This document shows, piece after piece, positions 54,399-64,000 of a stretch of DNA of 64,000 bases. Made by a program: the position numbers and the translations under genes. The notes beneath the pieces are model-generated. The model was not told the origin of the DNA, did not search any database, and saw nothing but the letters and a program-made list of their open reading frames with translations. The DNA is from an uncultured Planctomycetota bacterium. GTDB lineage: Bacteria > Planctomycetota > Planctomycetia > Isosphaerales > Isosphaeraceae. The number at the start of each line of letters is the position of its first letter. The first letter of the stretch is position 1. The stretch lies in assembly GCA_963845755.1 (NCBI GenBank), contig CAWJTV010000029.1:396273-460272 (forward strand). The letters are read 5' to 3'.

Positions 54399-55008
54399 GA
54401 TTCAGGAATCTGGAGTCTGAAATCCGGAATCCGGAATCTCGAATCCGGAATCTCGAATCCGGAATCAACGATCCCCCAGATGCGCGCTCGGCGAGGGATC
54501 CTACCGAGGAAGACTCCAACGCGGCCTTCGGCCGCAACCAAAAGAGGGATTCCCGATTCGAGATTCCGGATTCCGGATGAAGAAGGATTCAGGAATCTGG
54601 AGGCTGAAATCCGGAATCTCGAATCCGGAATCTCGAATCCGGAATCTCGAATCCGGAATCAACGATCCCCCAGATGCGCACGGCGCAGGGATCCTACCGA
54701 GGAAGACTCCAACGCGGCCGTGGGCCGCAACCCCATCGGGATTCCCGATTCGAGATTCCCGATTCCCGAAGGGGAATGATCCGGGAATCCGGAATCGCGA
54801 ATCCGGAATTCGGAATCCCCAGATGCGCCAGGGCGTAGGGAGCCTACGAAGGACGACTCTAACGCGGCCGTGGGCCGCAACCCCATCGGGATTCCCGATT
54901 CGAGATTCCCGATTCCCGAAGGGGAATGATTCGGGAATCGGGAATCTCGAATCCGGAATTCGGAATCCCCAGATGCGCAGGACGCAAGGATCCTACGGAG
55001 GACGACTC
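54399..55008 (+). repeat. Head-to-tail array (about 3.6 units) of the hairpin-ended heptamer element
   Basis: Junctions GACTC|YAACGCGGCC near 54518, 54710 and 54860; ends at GACGACTC|TA at 55008; GAATCCG/GAATCTC heptamers. Confidence 0.9.
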
Positions 55009-55198
55009 TATTACAGTAGTCAGAGTGAGCGCCAGTCACAAGCCGGCGGGGCCGGCGATTTGAGTAGGGAGACAAAGTCGGTGTCATGACCAAGGCGATC
55101 CGAGGGCAGCGCTTCCCGATCGGCAACAATCGCGATAGGATCAATGGCCGGTTGTCGGCCGGAGCGCTCTTCGGTCGTTGTGTCCGGGTCGCGACTGA

Positions 55199-55318
55199 GT
55201 GACGGTCTCGGAAGGTCTTTGTAGGGTGCTCTGTGAGCACCGATCTGGCGGACTGGGCCGAATTCGGTGCTCACAGAGCACCCTACCAGACGGCCGTTGA
55301 GGCTTCCGGGACAGACTC
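55199..55318 (-). mobile_element. 120-bp MITE carrying a GTAG-type REP doublet (inverted second copy of 50303-50422)
   Basis: GTAGGGTGCTCTGTGAGCACCGA ... TCGGTGCTCACAGAGCACCCTAC between imperfect terminal IRs; flanked by TGA/TGA. Confidence 0.82.
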
Positions 55319-55534
55319 TGAGAGCGGTCGGACAATATGACGAAGATGTCGAGGCCAGCCCCTGGGGGCTGCGCCGACTGACGCCGTCTCAGGATGCCTG
55401 GTTCTTCGGGCCGAGCGCTCATTCTTATCGAACACACTTAAGCAGCAGCCTGACATACTGATGCAACGGACCCACCTGCGGCGGCCCGCTGATCTTGGTT
55501 TGTCGGCGACAAGCCGCAACGGAGCGAACCACCG

Positions 55535-56509
55535 ATGGCCGATGTCTTCATCAGCTACGCCCGCCAGGACAGGGTCCAGGCTGCCATGATCGGTGAGTTC
55601 CTGACCGGGCACGGCTTCTCGGTTTGGTGGGATAAAGACATTAACGCCGGAACCCAGTTCACCAGGGTCATCGAAGAGAAGATCAAAGCGGCTTCCGCTG
55701 TCGTTGTGCTGTGATCGAGGCATTCGGTCGAGTCGAAGTGGGTGCGAAATGAAGCCCACGCGGCAGACACCAAGCTGATTCCGGTGCGGATCGACGATGT
55801 GGAGCCCCCCCTGCCCCACCGGCTTGAGAACGTGCTGGAATTGACCAACTGGGTCCGCAGCGCGGAGGCCAATGAGTTTCGCCGGCTTGTGGATGAGGTC
55901 GCGCAACGCTGTTCCGCCTCCGGGAAGTCACGTGACCCCGAGAAACTCCGGTTTTTCGGATTCGGTGAAAGGTCGGCGGCCATCGACATGCTGGTCTGGT
56001 GGAAAAAGCGGCTCGGAGCCGACAGGGCACGCGTGATCTGCTTCACGGGCCATACGCTCGACGACATGTTTAATTCACTAATGAACTCCGGAATAAAGCA
56101 CGTGGAGGTCTTCATGGGCACCAAAGAGATGGCGAGGCGGCTGAAGAGCCTACGCCAGGAGCAGTTGTTCGATAGCTGGTGGGCACCGGACATTGCAGAC
56201 CTTTACCCTTATATCGACGAAGGTCGGCTGACGATCCGATACTACGATTGTCCATCCTCGTTTACCGGCATTGCACTCGATGACCTGGTTTACTTGATCA
56301 ATAGTTATATCTGGACGCCAACCCTGAACTGGCTCAAGAAAAGCGACCCACAAGGCTACCAAACGCACTGGGATTCCATGAAGGTTCCGCGTAAGTCGCC
56401 GATTGATGACTACACAGTAAACGCCGTTAATGGTTACAATCGCGTGGAGAACCTGGAGCAGCCACGCGACATCACGCGAGGCACAGGCTCCGTTGTCACG
56501 AGGTGGTGA
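55535..56509 (+). pseudogene. TIR-domain protein with an in-frame TGA at codon 60 and an unassigned C-terminal domain
   Basis: Manual translation MADVFISYARQD...VWWDKDINAG...VVVL*SRHSVESKWVRNEA...KLIPVRID; same frame as ORF 55742. Confidence 0.8.
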
Positions 56510-56517
56510 GAGACGCG

Positions 56518-56709
56518 ATGGAAAAGGTCGTGAAGGTTTTCCGGTCATTCGAGGAAAGCGATCGTGCGGATCGGGAGTACTATCGTAACCTGACTCCGCA
56601 TCAACGCCTCGAAATCCTCTGGGAGTTGAACCGTGGCTGGCCGACGGACGGCGATGAGGACGCTCCGGAAAGACTTGAGAGAGTTTGTCGAATTATTAAA
56701 CTCTCATGA
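56518..56709 (+). CDS. Small protein coupled to a nucleotidyltransferase (putative TA partner)
   Basis: DREYYRNLTPHQRLEIL; ATGA overlap with the next gene. Confidence 0.7.
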   Translation: MEKVVKVFRSFEESDRADREYYRNLTPHQRLEILWELNRGWPTDGDEDAPERLERVCRIIKLS

Positions 56710-57122
56710 CGTGCGATAAATTGATCGTCGGAGGACATGCCGTCGCCTATCACGGTTATCCTCGAATGACGGGCGACATTGATGTGTTTATCGAAGCGTC
56801 GGAAGAAAACGCACGTAAGTTGGTGGCCGTCCTGGATCAGTTCGGATTTGGCAGCCTGGGCTTGACCCCGAGAGTTTTTCTGGAACCCGGCGCGATCGTC
56901 CAACTAGGCCATCCTCCCAACCGCATCGACTTATTAACTTCCGTCAGCGGTGTTTCCTTCGCGGATGCCTGGGAGCGTCGCATCCAGGATTGTGTCCACG
57001 GGCTGATCATGATCTTCGTGGACAGGCAGACTCTCCTGGTCAACAAGGCTGCCTCGGGACGGCCAAAGGACCTCATCGATCTCGAGGTCCTCTCGAAATC
57101 AGATTCGAATGACGAGTCGTAG
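56706..57122 (+). CDS. Nucleotidyltransferase (DUF6036/AbiEii-like), probably lacking its N-terminal helix
   Basis: LIVGGHAVAYHGYPRMTGDIDVFI, RIDLL, NKAASGRPKDLIDL. Confidence 0.8.
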   Translation: MTCDKLIVGGHAVAYHGYPRMTGDIDVFIEASEENARKLVAVLDQFGFGSLGLTPRVFLEPGAIVQLGHPPNRIDLLTSVSGVSFADAWERRIQDCVHGLIMIFVDRQTLLVNKAASGRPKDLIDLEVLSKSDSNDES

Positions 57123-57158
57123 CAGCCTGGGAAGATTCTGACGTGCGGAGCCAATCGG

Positions 57159-57368
57159 ATGTCCGTCGCTCTGTCGTATCCCCATCTCGACCCGATCGAC
57201 GTTCAAGAGAACCTGGTTCGTCTTGCGAACTCCGCCGGCCTGTCCCCCGCCGAACTGCTCCGCAATGCGCTCGATCTCTTCGCTCCGGAGTGGGAAGACC
57301 GCCAGGCTGCCGAATCGATTCGTCAGGAGAGGCGATCGCCTCTCCGGATTGCCCAACCCGCAGGGTGA
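57159..57368 (+). CDS. Small RHH-like protein, paralog of 48366
   Basis: DVQENLVRLANSAGLSP versus DVQETLVRLADSAGIAP; RQAAE shared. Confidence 0.55.
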   Translation: MSVALSYPHLDPIDVQENLVRLANSAGLSPAELLRNALDLFAPEWEDRQAAESIRQERRSPLRIAQPAG

Positions 57369-57490
57369 TTTAGCGATGTCCCCTGGTATTCCGGTCCGCG
57401 GTGGTGACAACCCGGCCGCGGGACCGTGTTCGGACCGGAGACATCGATATGCAGGACAGGGCCCAGGAGGATGGCGCCTTGCCGCTTCAT

Positions 57491-59055
57491 CTATCTCCGG
57501 GGGCGATTCATGATGTACATTCTGCCTCTATCTTCCGCTCGCTTACGCTCCGCTTCTTGGGATCTGCGATATGCCTGGAGCCTGCGATTTTCGTCGTCGG
57601 ACGTACCCGGACTGGAGGCCGACGCCTCACGCGGTCTCGACACGGGTCTGCCGAATCGAAAAATCGCGTCCGGGAAATCCGGACCCGAGTCCGATTCCTC
57701 ATTCCCGGCCACTGCACCGGACGGCTTCGGAGCTTGGGCGGTCCTGGACATCGTGAGTTCGCGGATCGCCGCTCTCGCGGGCTGGTACCCTGCGACGACG
57801 CTCTTGTTTAGCCACCGTATAGCCACAATAAGGTTCTTCTGAACACCCTGGCCGTTCGCGTAACACTTCCCGAGGTTGAACATGGCGACTGCGTCGCCCG
57901 ACTCCACCCCCTTCTGAAACCACTCGACCGCCTTTGCAGGGTCCTTCGGGACCCCATTCCCGTTCTGGTAACAGACCCCGAGGGCGTTGATGGCGCGAGC
58001 ATCCCCTGTGTCGGCTGCTTTACGGTACCACTCCACGGCCTGGGAGAGATTCTTGGTGACCCCCGTGCCTTCTGCGTAACAAACACCAAGGTCGAACAGA
58101 GCATCGATGTTTCCAGCCTGGGCCGCCTTCTGGTACCATCCCACGGCCTTGGAGGCATCCCTGGCAACCCCTGTGCCGTTCTGGTAGCAGCTTCCGATAC
58201 CGAGCATGGCGTCGGTGTCGCCGGCATTGGCCCCCTTCTCGTACCACTCCGCAGCCTGGGAATCATCCTTGACGACCCCGATGCCTTCCGCGTAACAAAA
58301 TCCCAGGTTGCACATCGCCATGGGCTCGCCCGCCCTGGCTGCCTTCGTGAACCATTCCATGGCTCTTGCCGGATCCGGCGGTATGCCATCATCCATTAAA
58401 TAGCACATGGCGAGGTTGTTCATGGCGAGAGGTTCGCCCGCCTTGGCCGCCTTTTGGTACCATTCGAACGCCTTGCTAAGATCCTTCCTGTCGACGCCGG
58501 TGCCGTTCTGGTAGCAAATGCCAAGGCTAGTCATGGCGTGGGAATTGCCCCCCCTGACCCGCGGAAATACCAGAGCACGGCCTTTTCCCAGTTCTGAGCC
58601 ACTCCCTGACCTTTCGCGTAACAATCCCCGAGACAGGCAGTGGCTGTGGAATAATCGCCCGCGAAGTAGGCCTTTTGGTACCACTCCACGGCTTTCTTCC
58701 AGTCTTGAGGCACGCCCTCGCCCTTGGCGAAACAAAGCCCGAAGCCCCCCATCGACCTGGCGTCACCGCCGGCGGCTCCACGCCGGAACCATTCGGCCGC
58801 CTTGAGCGAATCCTTGGCGACACCGAGGCCGTTCGCATAACAGTTTCCGAGCTCGCCCATCGCTTTCGCGTTGCCGGCCCCGGCAAGCTGGTCGTAGATG
58901 CGGAAGCTCTTTTGCAGGTTTTCGGCGCCGCCTTGCTTAGCCAGCGCAGCGGCCTGCGCCAGCTTGGCCGCCCGACCTGTATCGCCTTTTTGACCGAACG
59001 CCGCCGTCCCCAGGAGAAGGAAAATCGTCGCGATCGAGAATGCGCCCGTTCTCAT
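57491..59055 (-). CDS. Secreted Sel1-repeat protein (frameshift near 58560-58620)
   Basis: Signal peptide; more than ten 36-aa repeats AMxxLGxCYxxGxGVxKDxxxAVEWYxKAA. Confidence 0.92.
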
Positions 59056-59254
59056 GACGGAACCCTCTACGAGGTTCGAGCTCCGACCACCCACGCGGCA
59101 TGAGCCACTCATGCTTTGGCATCTTGCCACGCCGCGGCGGATGGCGTCAAGATAGGTGGCAATCATAAACAGACCCATCCTATTCCACCCTGCCGGTTCC
59201 TGTCAAAGTCGTTGACCTAGCATACCTGGCTCTCCCCTTCCCCACCTTTAAGCC

Positions 59255-59461
59255 CAATACCGTTGAATAAGCCGTAACCTATGCCGAGGAAACGGCTTCC
59301 AAGACGCTCCCCCCTTACGAAGGGGGGATACAGGGGGGTTCCGGATCGCTGGACTCCTGAGGTATCGTCCGGAATTCACCCCCCTGTATCCCCCCTTCGT
59401 AAGGGGGAAGAATTCACAACCTCCCCGGAAATAACGGCTTGCGACTCATTTAACGGTATCG
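59255..59461. mobile_element. 207-bp MITE with IS4-like ends, a 10-bp TSD and an internal REP-like doublet
   Basis: Terminal IRs CAATACCGTTGAATAAGCCGTAA / CGATACCGTTAAATGAGTCGCAA (18/23); CCTTTAAGCC at 59245-59254 and 59462-59471; internal CCCCCCTTACGAAGGGGGG arms. Confidence 0.85.
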
Positions 59462-59849
59462 CCTTTAAGCCCGCGTGATCCGAAGCGTTAAGCATCATTT
59501 AGCGTCGGATGTTCTATACTACCAATGAGAAGGCCAATGAAACGCGATTTCTGTCCATTCGTTCACGATTTTCCGAGTCTACGATAACAATTTTAGCGTC
59601 GATCAGGTAAGTCGGGATGGCCTGCCGGCGGAGGTGGGCCGTCACGTCTCATCGAGGATCGAACGATGGGCGAACACGATGATTCGCATGGCCGGATTCC
59701 AGCGCCTCAGTCGGATGGTCCGAGTTTCAAAAAACCAACGCCACCGCCTCTTATCATCCACCGCCCACTTGTGGCACGCGATTCGCGGTCAATTTGCTTC
59801 TCGCGGAGCGACAGCGCGGAATCCAAAGTTCTCTGATGGGTTGGAGAAC

Positions 59850-60176
59850 ATGCGCGTATGCAATCATAGAAGCTGTGTTGGAACTAATGTCCTAACCCAG
59901 GGCCAATTCTATAGCGGTCCTTACGACGGACTCATTCTCGATGCCGAGTCGATGCGAAGATGTTGCTTAATCATCGAGGCGCGCAAGCGGGGGCATAACC
60001 GATATGTCTTCTTGATGCCGCCGCCGGCGGCGTGGGAAGCGGTGATCTCCGGCTGGACCGATCATGAGACCGTTTTTAAGAATTTACATATCTATGAACT
60101 TATCACAACGGGCGAAATGGGAGAACTGCATTATCGCAGTTCAGGTACGTTCCGCGAAATAATGGGGCGTGCTTGA
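59850..60176 (+). CDS. Hypothetical protein or fragment in a lower-GC segment
   Basis: Open frame in AT-richer DNA; no motif recognised; start uncertain. Confidence 0.3.
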   Translation: MRVCNHRSCVGTNVLTQGQFYSGPYDGLILDAESMRRCCLIIEARKRGHNRYVFLMPPPAAWEAVISGWTDHETVFKNLHIYELITTGEMGELHYRSSGTFREIMGRA

Positions 60177-60418
60177 TCGCTGGCCAGCCGGTGTCGTACA
60201 ATTGTCAATATTCACTATGTCTCCGTTTTTCCGCCTACAATCGTTGATCGACGAATGGGCTGGCACTCGGGGAACTTGGGGGATTCGGGTCAAACTTTGT
60301 TTTTTGACCCAGTGATTAGCGACAATTAGAATTCCCGCCCAGCGACAATCAGAATTCCCGCCTCCTCTCGCTTGGTTGTTCACTACGTGGTTTCCTCCTC
60401 GGTCAGGAGGCAACCACC

Positions 60419-61929
60419 ATGACCAAGGACATCCAGGTTCTCAAGCTTCGCCAGCTTCTCGGCGAGGGAATGCCGCTCTACCGTGCGGCTTGGAAGGTGG
60501 GTATGGACGCCAAGACCGCTCAAAAGTACCGAGACTCGGATCGCCTGCCCAGTGAATCGTGGACTCCCAAGACCTGGCGGACCCGGGAGGATCCGTTCCA
60601 GGAAGTCTGGCCGGAACTCCACGATCGGCTGGTGCTCAACCCGGGGCTCCAAGCCAAGACCCTGTTTGAGGATCTTCAGCATCGCTTCCCGGGCCGGTTC
60701 CCCGACGGCCAGCTCCGGACCTTGCAACGGAAGATCAAAGCGTGGCGGGCCACCGACGGTCCACCCAAGGAGGTTTTCTTCGATCAGATCCACACGCCCG
60801 GCGCGTTGGCGCCTCCGACTTCACTTCCCTGAACGATTTGCAGGTCACACTCGCTGGCCAATCGTTCGATCACCTGGTCTATCACTTCGTTCTGACCTAC
60901 TCCAACTGGGAGACCGGCACCGTCTGTTTCTCCGAAAGTTTCGAGAGCCTCAGCCAGGGGCTCCAGAACGCCCTTTGGGAACTGGGAGGGGTTCCCCAGA
61001 CTCATCGCACCGATCGGCTCACGGCCGCGGTCAACAACCTCGGCGATCGGGACTTGTTCCAGCAACGATACCGCGCCTTGATGGCCCACTATGGCATGGC
61101 ACCTCAAGCCATCCAGGCTGGTAAGGCCAACCAGAACGGAGACGCCGAACAGAGTCATAACCGGTTCAAACAAGCGATGGATCAGGCCCTGATGTTGCGC
61201 AGCGGCCGCGATTTCGCCGACCGAGCAGCCTACGAGCTGTTCCTTCGCCAGGTCTTCGCTCAGCGCAACAGCGGACGGATCCCGCGGTTCACCGAGGAAC
61301 GACTGTTGCTGAAGGACCTCCCCTCGCGGCGGGTGGACGCCTGGCACCGGCGCCGGGTGCGGGTCACCCAGGGGAGTACGATCCGGGTTGGCTCCAACAC
61401 CTACTCGGTGCCGAGCCGACTCATCGGTGAACAGGTCGATGTCCATGTGATGGCGGAATGCCTGGAGGTGTGGCACGGCGCGGCGCTGATTGAAAGGGTC
61501 CCTCGGCAGCGCGGCCACAACAAACACGTGATTAACTATCGGCACGTGATCGACTGGTTGGTGCGCAAGCCGGGGGCGTTCGCGGCCTATCGGCACCGGG
61601 ACGCGATGTTCCCAACCGGCCGGTTTCGCCGAGCCTACGACGTCTTGCTGGCACAAAGCCCGGCCCGCGCCACCAAGGATTATCTCCGGATCCTGGAGTT
61701 GGCGGCGAAGGAGTCGGAAGTCGGGGTTGACGCCGTCCTGGGCCGGCTCTTGGACGGGAACATGCCGATCACCCCGACCGTCGTCACGGAGCACCTGGGT
61801 CACGACCTGGGCCTGCCTCGCGCGATGGAGGTGGTCGTCACGACGGTGGATTTGTCGATGTACGACCTGTTACTCGAGACCAGGGAGGATATTCCATCAG
61901 TAAGCCAATCGATGTGCATGAGTCTCTGA
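60419..61929 (+). CDS. istA: IS21 transposase (frameshift near 60800)
   Basis: WRTREDPF, LRTLQRK, SDFT, HRTDRLTAA, NGDAEQ, NTYSVPSRLIG. Confidence 0.92.
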
Positions 61930-62690
61930 CGGACTGCCTTCGCGAGCTCCACCTGCCGACGATCCGGCAGGCGTACGAATCGGCGGCGGCACGAGCCCGT
62001 CAGGAGTTGACCAGTTACGAACGTTACCTCCTGGATCTGGCGGAGCGCGAGTGCGAGTCGCGGCGTTCCCACCGGGTCGAGCGGTTGTTGCGAGAATCGA
62101 GGCTGTTCATGGAAAAGAACCTGTCAAGCCTGGACCTGAAGCGACTGCCGTCCAAGGCGGCGCAGCAGGTCAGAACTCTGCTCGAAGGCGATTTTGTTGG
62201 ACGAAATGACAATGTGCTCATATTCGGGAATCCCGGCAGTGGCAAGAGCCACGTGGCGTGCGCGATCGGGCAGGAACTGATCCGCTCGGGGCGGAAGGTG
62301 ATGTTCGCGACGTGCGCCTTGATGGTTCAAGATCTGTTGGCCGCGAAGCGCGACCTGAAGCTTCGCGGTTTTCTCAAGAAGATTTCCCGATATGAGGTGC
62401 TGATCCTTGACGATATTGGATACGTACAATACAGCCGGGACGAGATGGAGGTGCTCTTCAACCTGCTGGCGGAACGGTACGAGCGCGGGAGCGTGATGCT
62501 GACGAGCAACCTGCCGTTTTCGGGATGGGAGGCGATCTTCAAGGATCCGATGACGACCGCCGCCGCCATCGACCGGCTGGTGCACCATAGCGTGATCGTG
62601 GAGTTGAACGTTCCGAGCTACCGAGCCGAGCAGGCCAAGAAGTCGCGTCAAAAGCCGGTGGAACCGACAGACGCACGAGAGGAGGGATGA
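61914..62690 (+). CDS. istB: IS21 helper ATPase
   Basis: GNPGSGKS, LILDDIGY, TSNLPF, AAIDRLVHH. Confidence 0.95.
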   Translation: MHESLTDCLRELHLPTIRQAYESAAARARQELTSYERYLLDLAERECESRRSHRVERLLRESRLFMEKNLSSLDLKRLPSKAAQQVRTLLEGDFVGRNDNVLIFGNPGSGKSHVACAIGQELIRSGRKVMFATCALMVQDLLAAKRDLKLRGFLKKISRYEVLILDDIGYVQYSRDEMEVLFNLLAERYERGSVMLTSNLPFSGWEAIFKDPMTTAAAIDRLVHHSVIVELNVPSYRAEQAKKSRQKPVEPTDAREEG

Positions 62691-62829
62691 ACGAGCGCAG
62701 GAATGGTTGATCCCAGAGGCGAGAGGGATGGTCAATTGGCCAGAATCCCAGGGGCTTGTACACTATGGCCGAGTAGGGAATTCTAATTGTCGTTGACAAG
62801 GAAATCTAATTGTCGCTAATCAACCCAGC

Positions 62830-63030
62830 CTAGAAACAAAAAAAAATTTCCCCCGGTTCCCGTCTAAAAACCTTTTGTCGCGCTTTTTCCCCCCCCCCCC
62901 ACTCCTCCTCCCTCTTTCTCCTTTGTTTTTCTGTAATTCTCTCCCCCCTCTTCCCTCTTTTATTTTTTCTTTCCTCTTTTCTCTTTCTTTTCAGTCTCCC
63001 GGGAGTTTCTCCTCCCTCCCCCTCCGGCTG
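62830..63030. other. Polypyrimidine low-complexity stretch, probably poor-quality sequence
   Basis: Abrupt C/T-rich, homopolymer-rich composition unlike the rest of the window. Confidence 0.6.
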
Positions 63031-63034
63031 GGTT

Positions 63035-64000
63035 CTTCAGCGATTGCTTCTGGGCGTGGACTTGTCGATGGCAGTTGGCGTGGAGCACTTCCAGGTTGTC
63101 ACACGTCTCCTGGCCACCGTGACTGCGCCAGACCCGATGGTGGATGTGCCAGGGTTGCTCTTCGGCGTGAAGTGCTTGCCTGCACACCACGCAACGTCCC
63201 TGCTGTTCCTTCCAGAGATATTCGATCCGTCCTCGACCCGCCAGAGTGTGGCTGAGCTTCCAGGCCAGCCGTTCTTCCAAGTAGAGTTCCCACTCCGGAT
63301 CGTAGGGGTTGGCGGCACTCCGAATCTTCACCCACCGCAGGATTTTGGCTCCCACGGCGTTCATGAGCTGGATGGGTCGGCCCTTGCCCGTGCTGTCACG
63401 GATTGTGCCCGTGAACACCCAGTCTCGGTGACCCACTTGTTGAAAGTATTTCGTCTTGATCCACTTCCAACTCTTCTGCGGATGGCGTCGATGACACCAT
63501 CGTTTCAGCTTCCAGAAGATTCGGTTGTCCACAGTCGTGAAGGTGCGTTTACTCGCGACATAACGATGGTACATGGTCCAGCCTTTGATCTGTTGGTTCA
63601 AACGCAGGATCAAGTCTCCAGCCGTCATGCTCCCCGAGTTGTCGATCGTTTCCTGGATCTTGGTCAAGAAGGTCTTGACGCTTCGTTTTGATGGCTTGGT
63701 CAAGACCTTGCCACTGCGGTAACGTCGGACCGTTTGGCCAAGGAAATCGAAGCCGTTCTCCAAATGCGTGATCCTGGTTTTCTCGTGGGAGAGTTCGAGA
63801 CCCCGCTGACGTAGGAAGTGTTCCACGAGAGGTTGGACTTCGCGTTGCAGGAGGATTCGTGAGGTGCTGGTGATGATGAAGTCATCCGCATAGCGGACCA
63901 GATGGACCTTGGCTTCGTCACGCCGATGGCCTCGGGTGCCAAAGCGTTGCTCCAACAACTGCTGGAGCCCATCTAACGTCCGATTCGCCAGCGCAGGAGA
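63035..64000 (-). CDS. ltrA: Group II intron reverse transcriptase/maturase with HNH domain (5' part outside the window; true stop obscured)
   Basis: LVRYADDFII, GLELSHEKT, GFDFLG, LNQQIKGWTMYHR (maturase X), NPYDP, CVVC...HIHH...GG...NLEVLHANCH. Confidence 0.93.

Larger units (their letters stand above)
60313..62822 (+). mobile_element. IS21-family insertion sequence
   Basis: Ends TGATTAGCGACAATTAGA... and ...TCTAATTGTCGCTAATCA with repeated subterminal motifs; ACCCAG duplicated at 60307-60312 and 62823-62828. Confidence 0.95.

Noticed and set aside
54399..55008. CRISPR array
   Set aside because: The inter-repeat segments are homologous to each other rather than unique spacers, units are 150-190 bp, and there are no cas genes in the window.
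55712..55714. Stop-codon reassignment or selenocysteine at the TIR TGA (and at the HicB TAG)
   Set aside because: TGA and TAG terminate ordinary genes here (infA and rpsT; the EndoIII-neighbouring and RNase HII-like genes use standard stops), and the affected positions expect Trp and Tyr, not Cys.
3995..61929. Programmed frameshifting or mass pseudogenisation in the many split genes
   Set aside because: Single-base indels are scattered through otherwise intact conserved genes, sometimes as compensating pairs; this pattern is typical of long-read consensus error.
63035..64000. Retron, DGR or defence-type reverse transcriptase
   Set aside because: YADD plus maturase X plus HNH is the standard group II intron-encoded protein.

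Overview
A GC-rich 64-kb bacterial window that looks planctomycetal, most like Isosphaeraceae. This is inferred from the PSCyt/DUF1549/DUF1553 plus DUF1501 pair, DUF4058 and the repeat types. Many conserved genes carry single-base frameshifts, most simply explained as long-read assembly errors. The core region holds a PSD/cytochrome-domain gene with DUF1501, a nitrilase, a Y-family polymerase followed by a divergent SRAP-like gene, cstA, rpsT, infA, an RNase HII-like gene, a UbiD decarboxylase, GT39, an FkbH-like gene, alkA, hisIG, a MoxR-DUF58-VWA (Bat-type) operon and an acetamidase-metalloprotease fusion. Both ends are mobile-element rich. The left end has an IS1182 inserted into a Tn552/Tn5053-like tniA next to its transposon end. 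The right end has an IS21 with a 6-bp target-site duplication (TSD) and a group II intron RT/maturase/HNH gene. The most striking unexplained structure is non-coding: small MITEs with IS-like ends and TSDs that carry REP-like palindrome doublets (one site is nested three levels deep), plus a 150-190 bp hairpin-ended, heptamer-filled repeat at four loci, partly head-to-tail. Several toxin-antitoxin or defence-like genes (HicB, MazF-like, TIR, nucleotidyltransferase) look decayed. All family calls come from motif recognition by eye; no database search was run. No tRNA, rRNA or CRISPR array was found.
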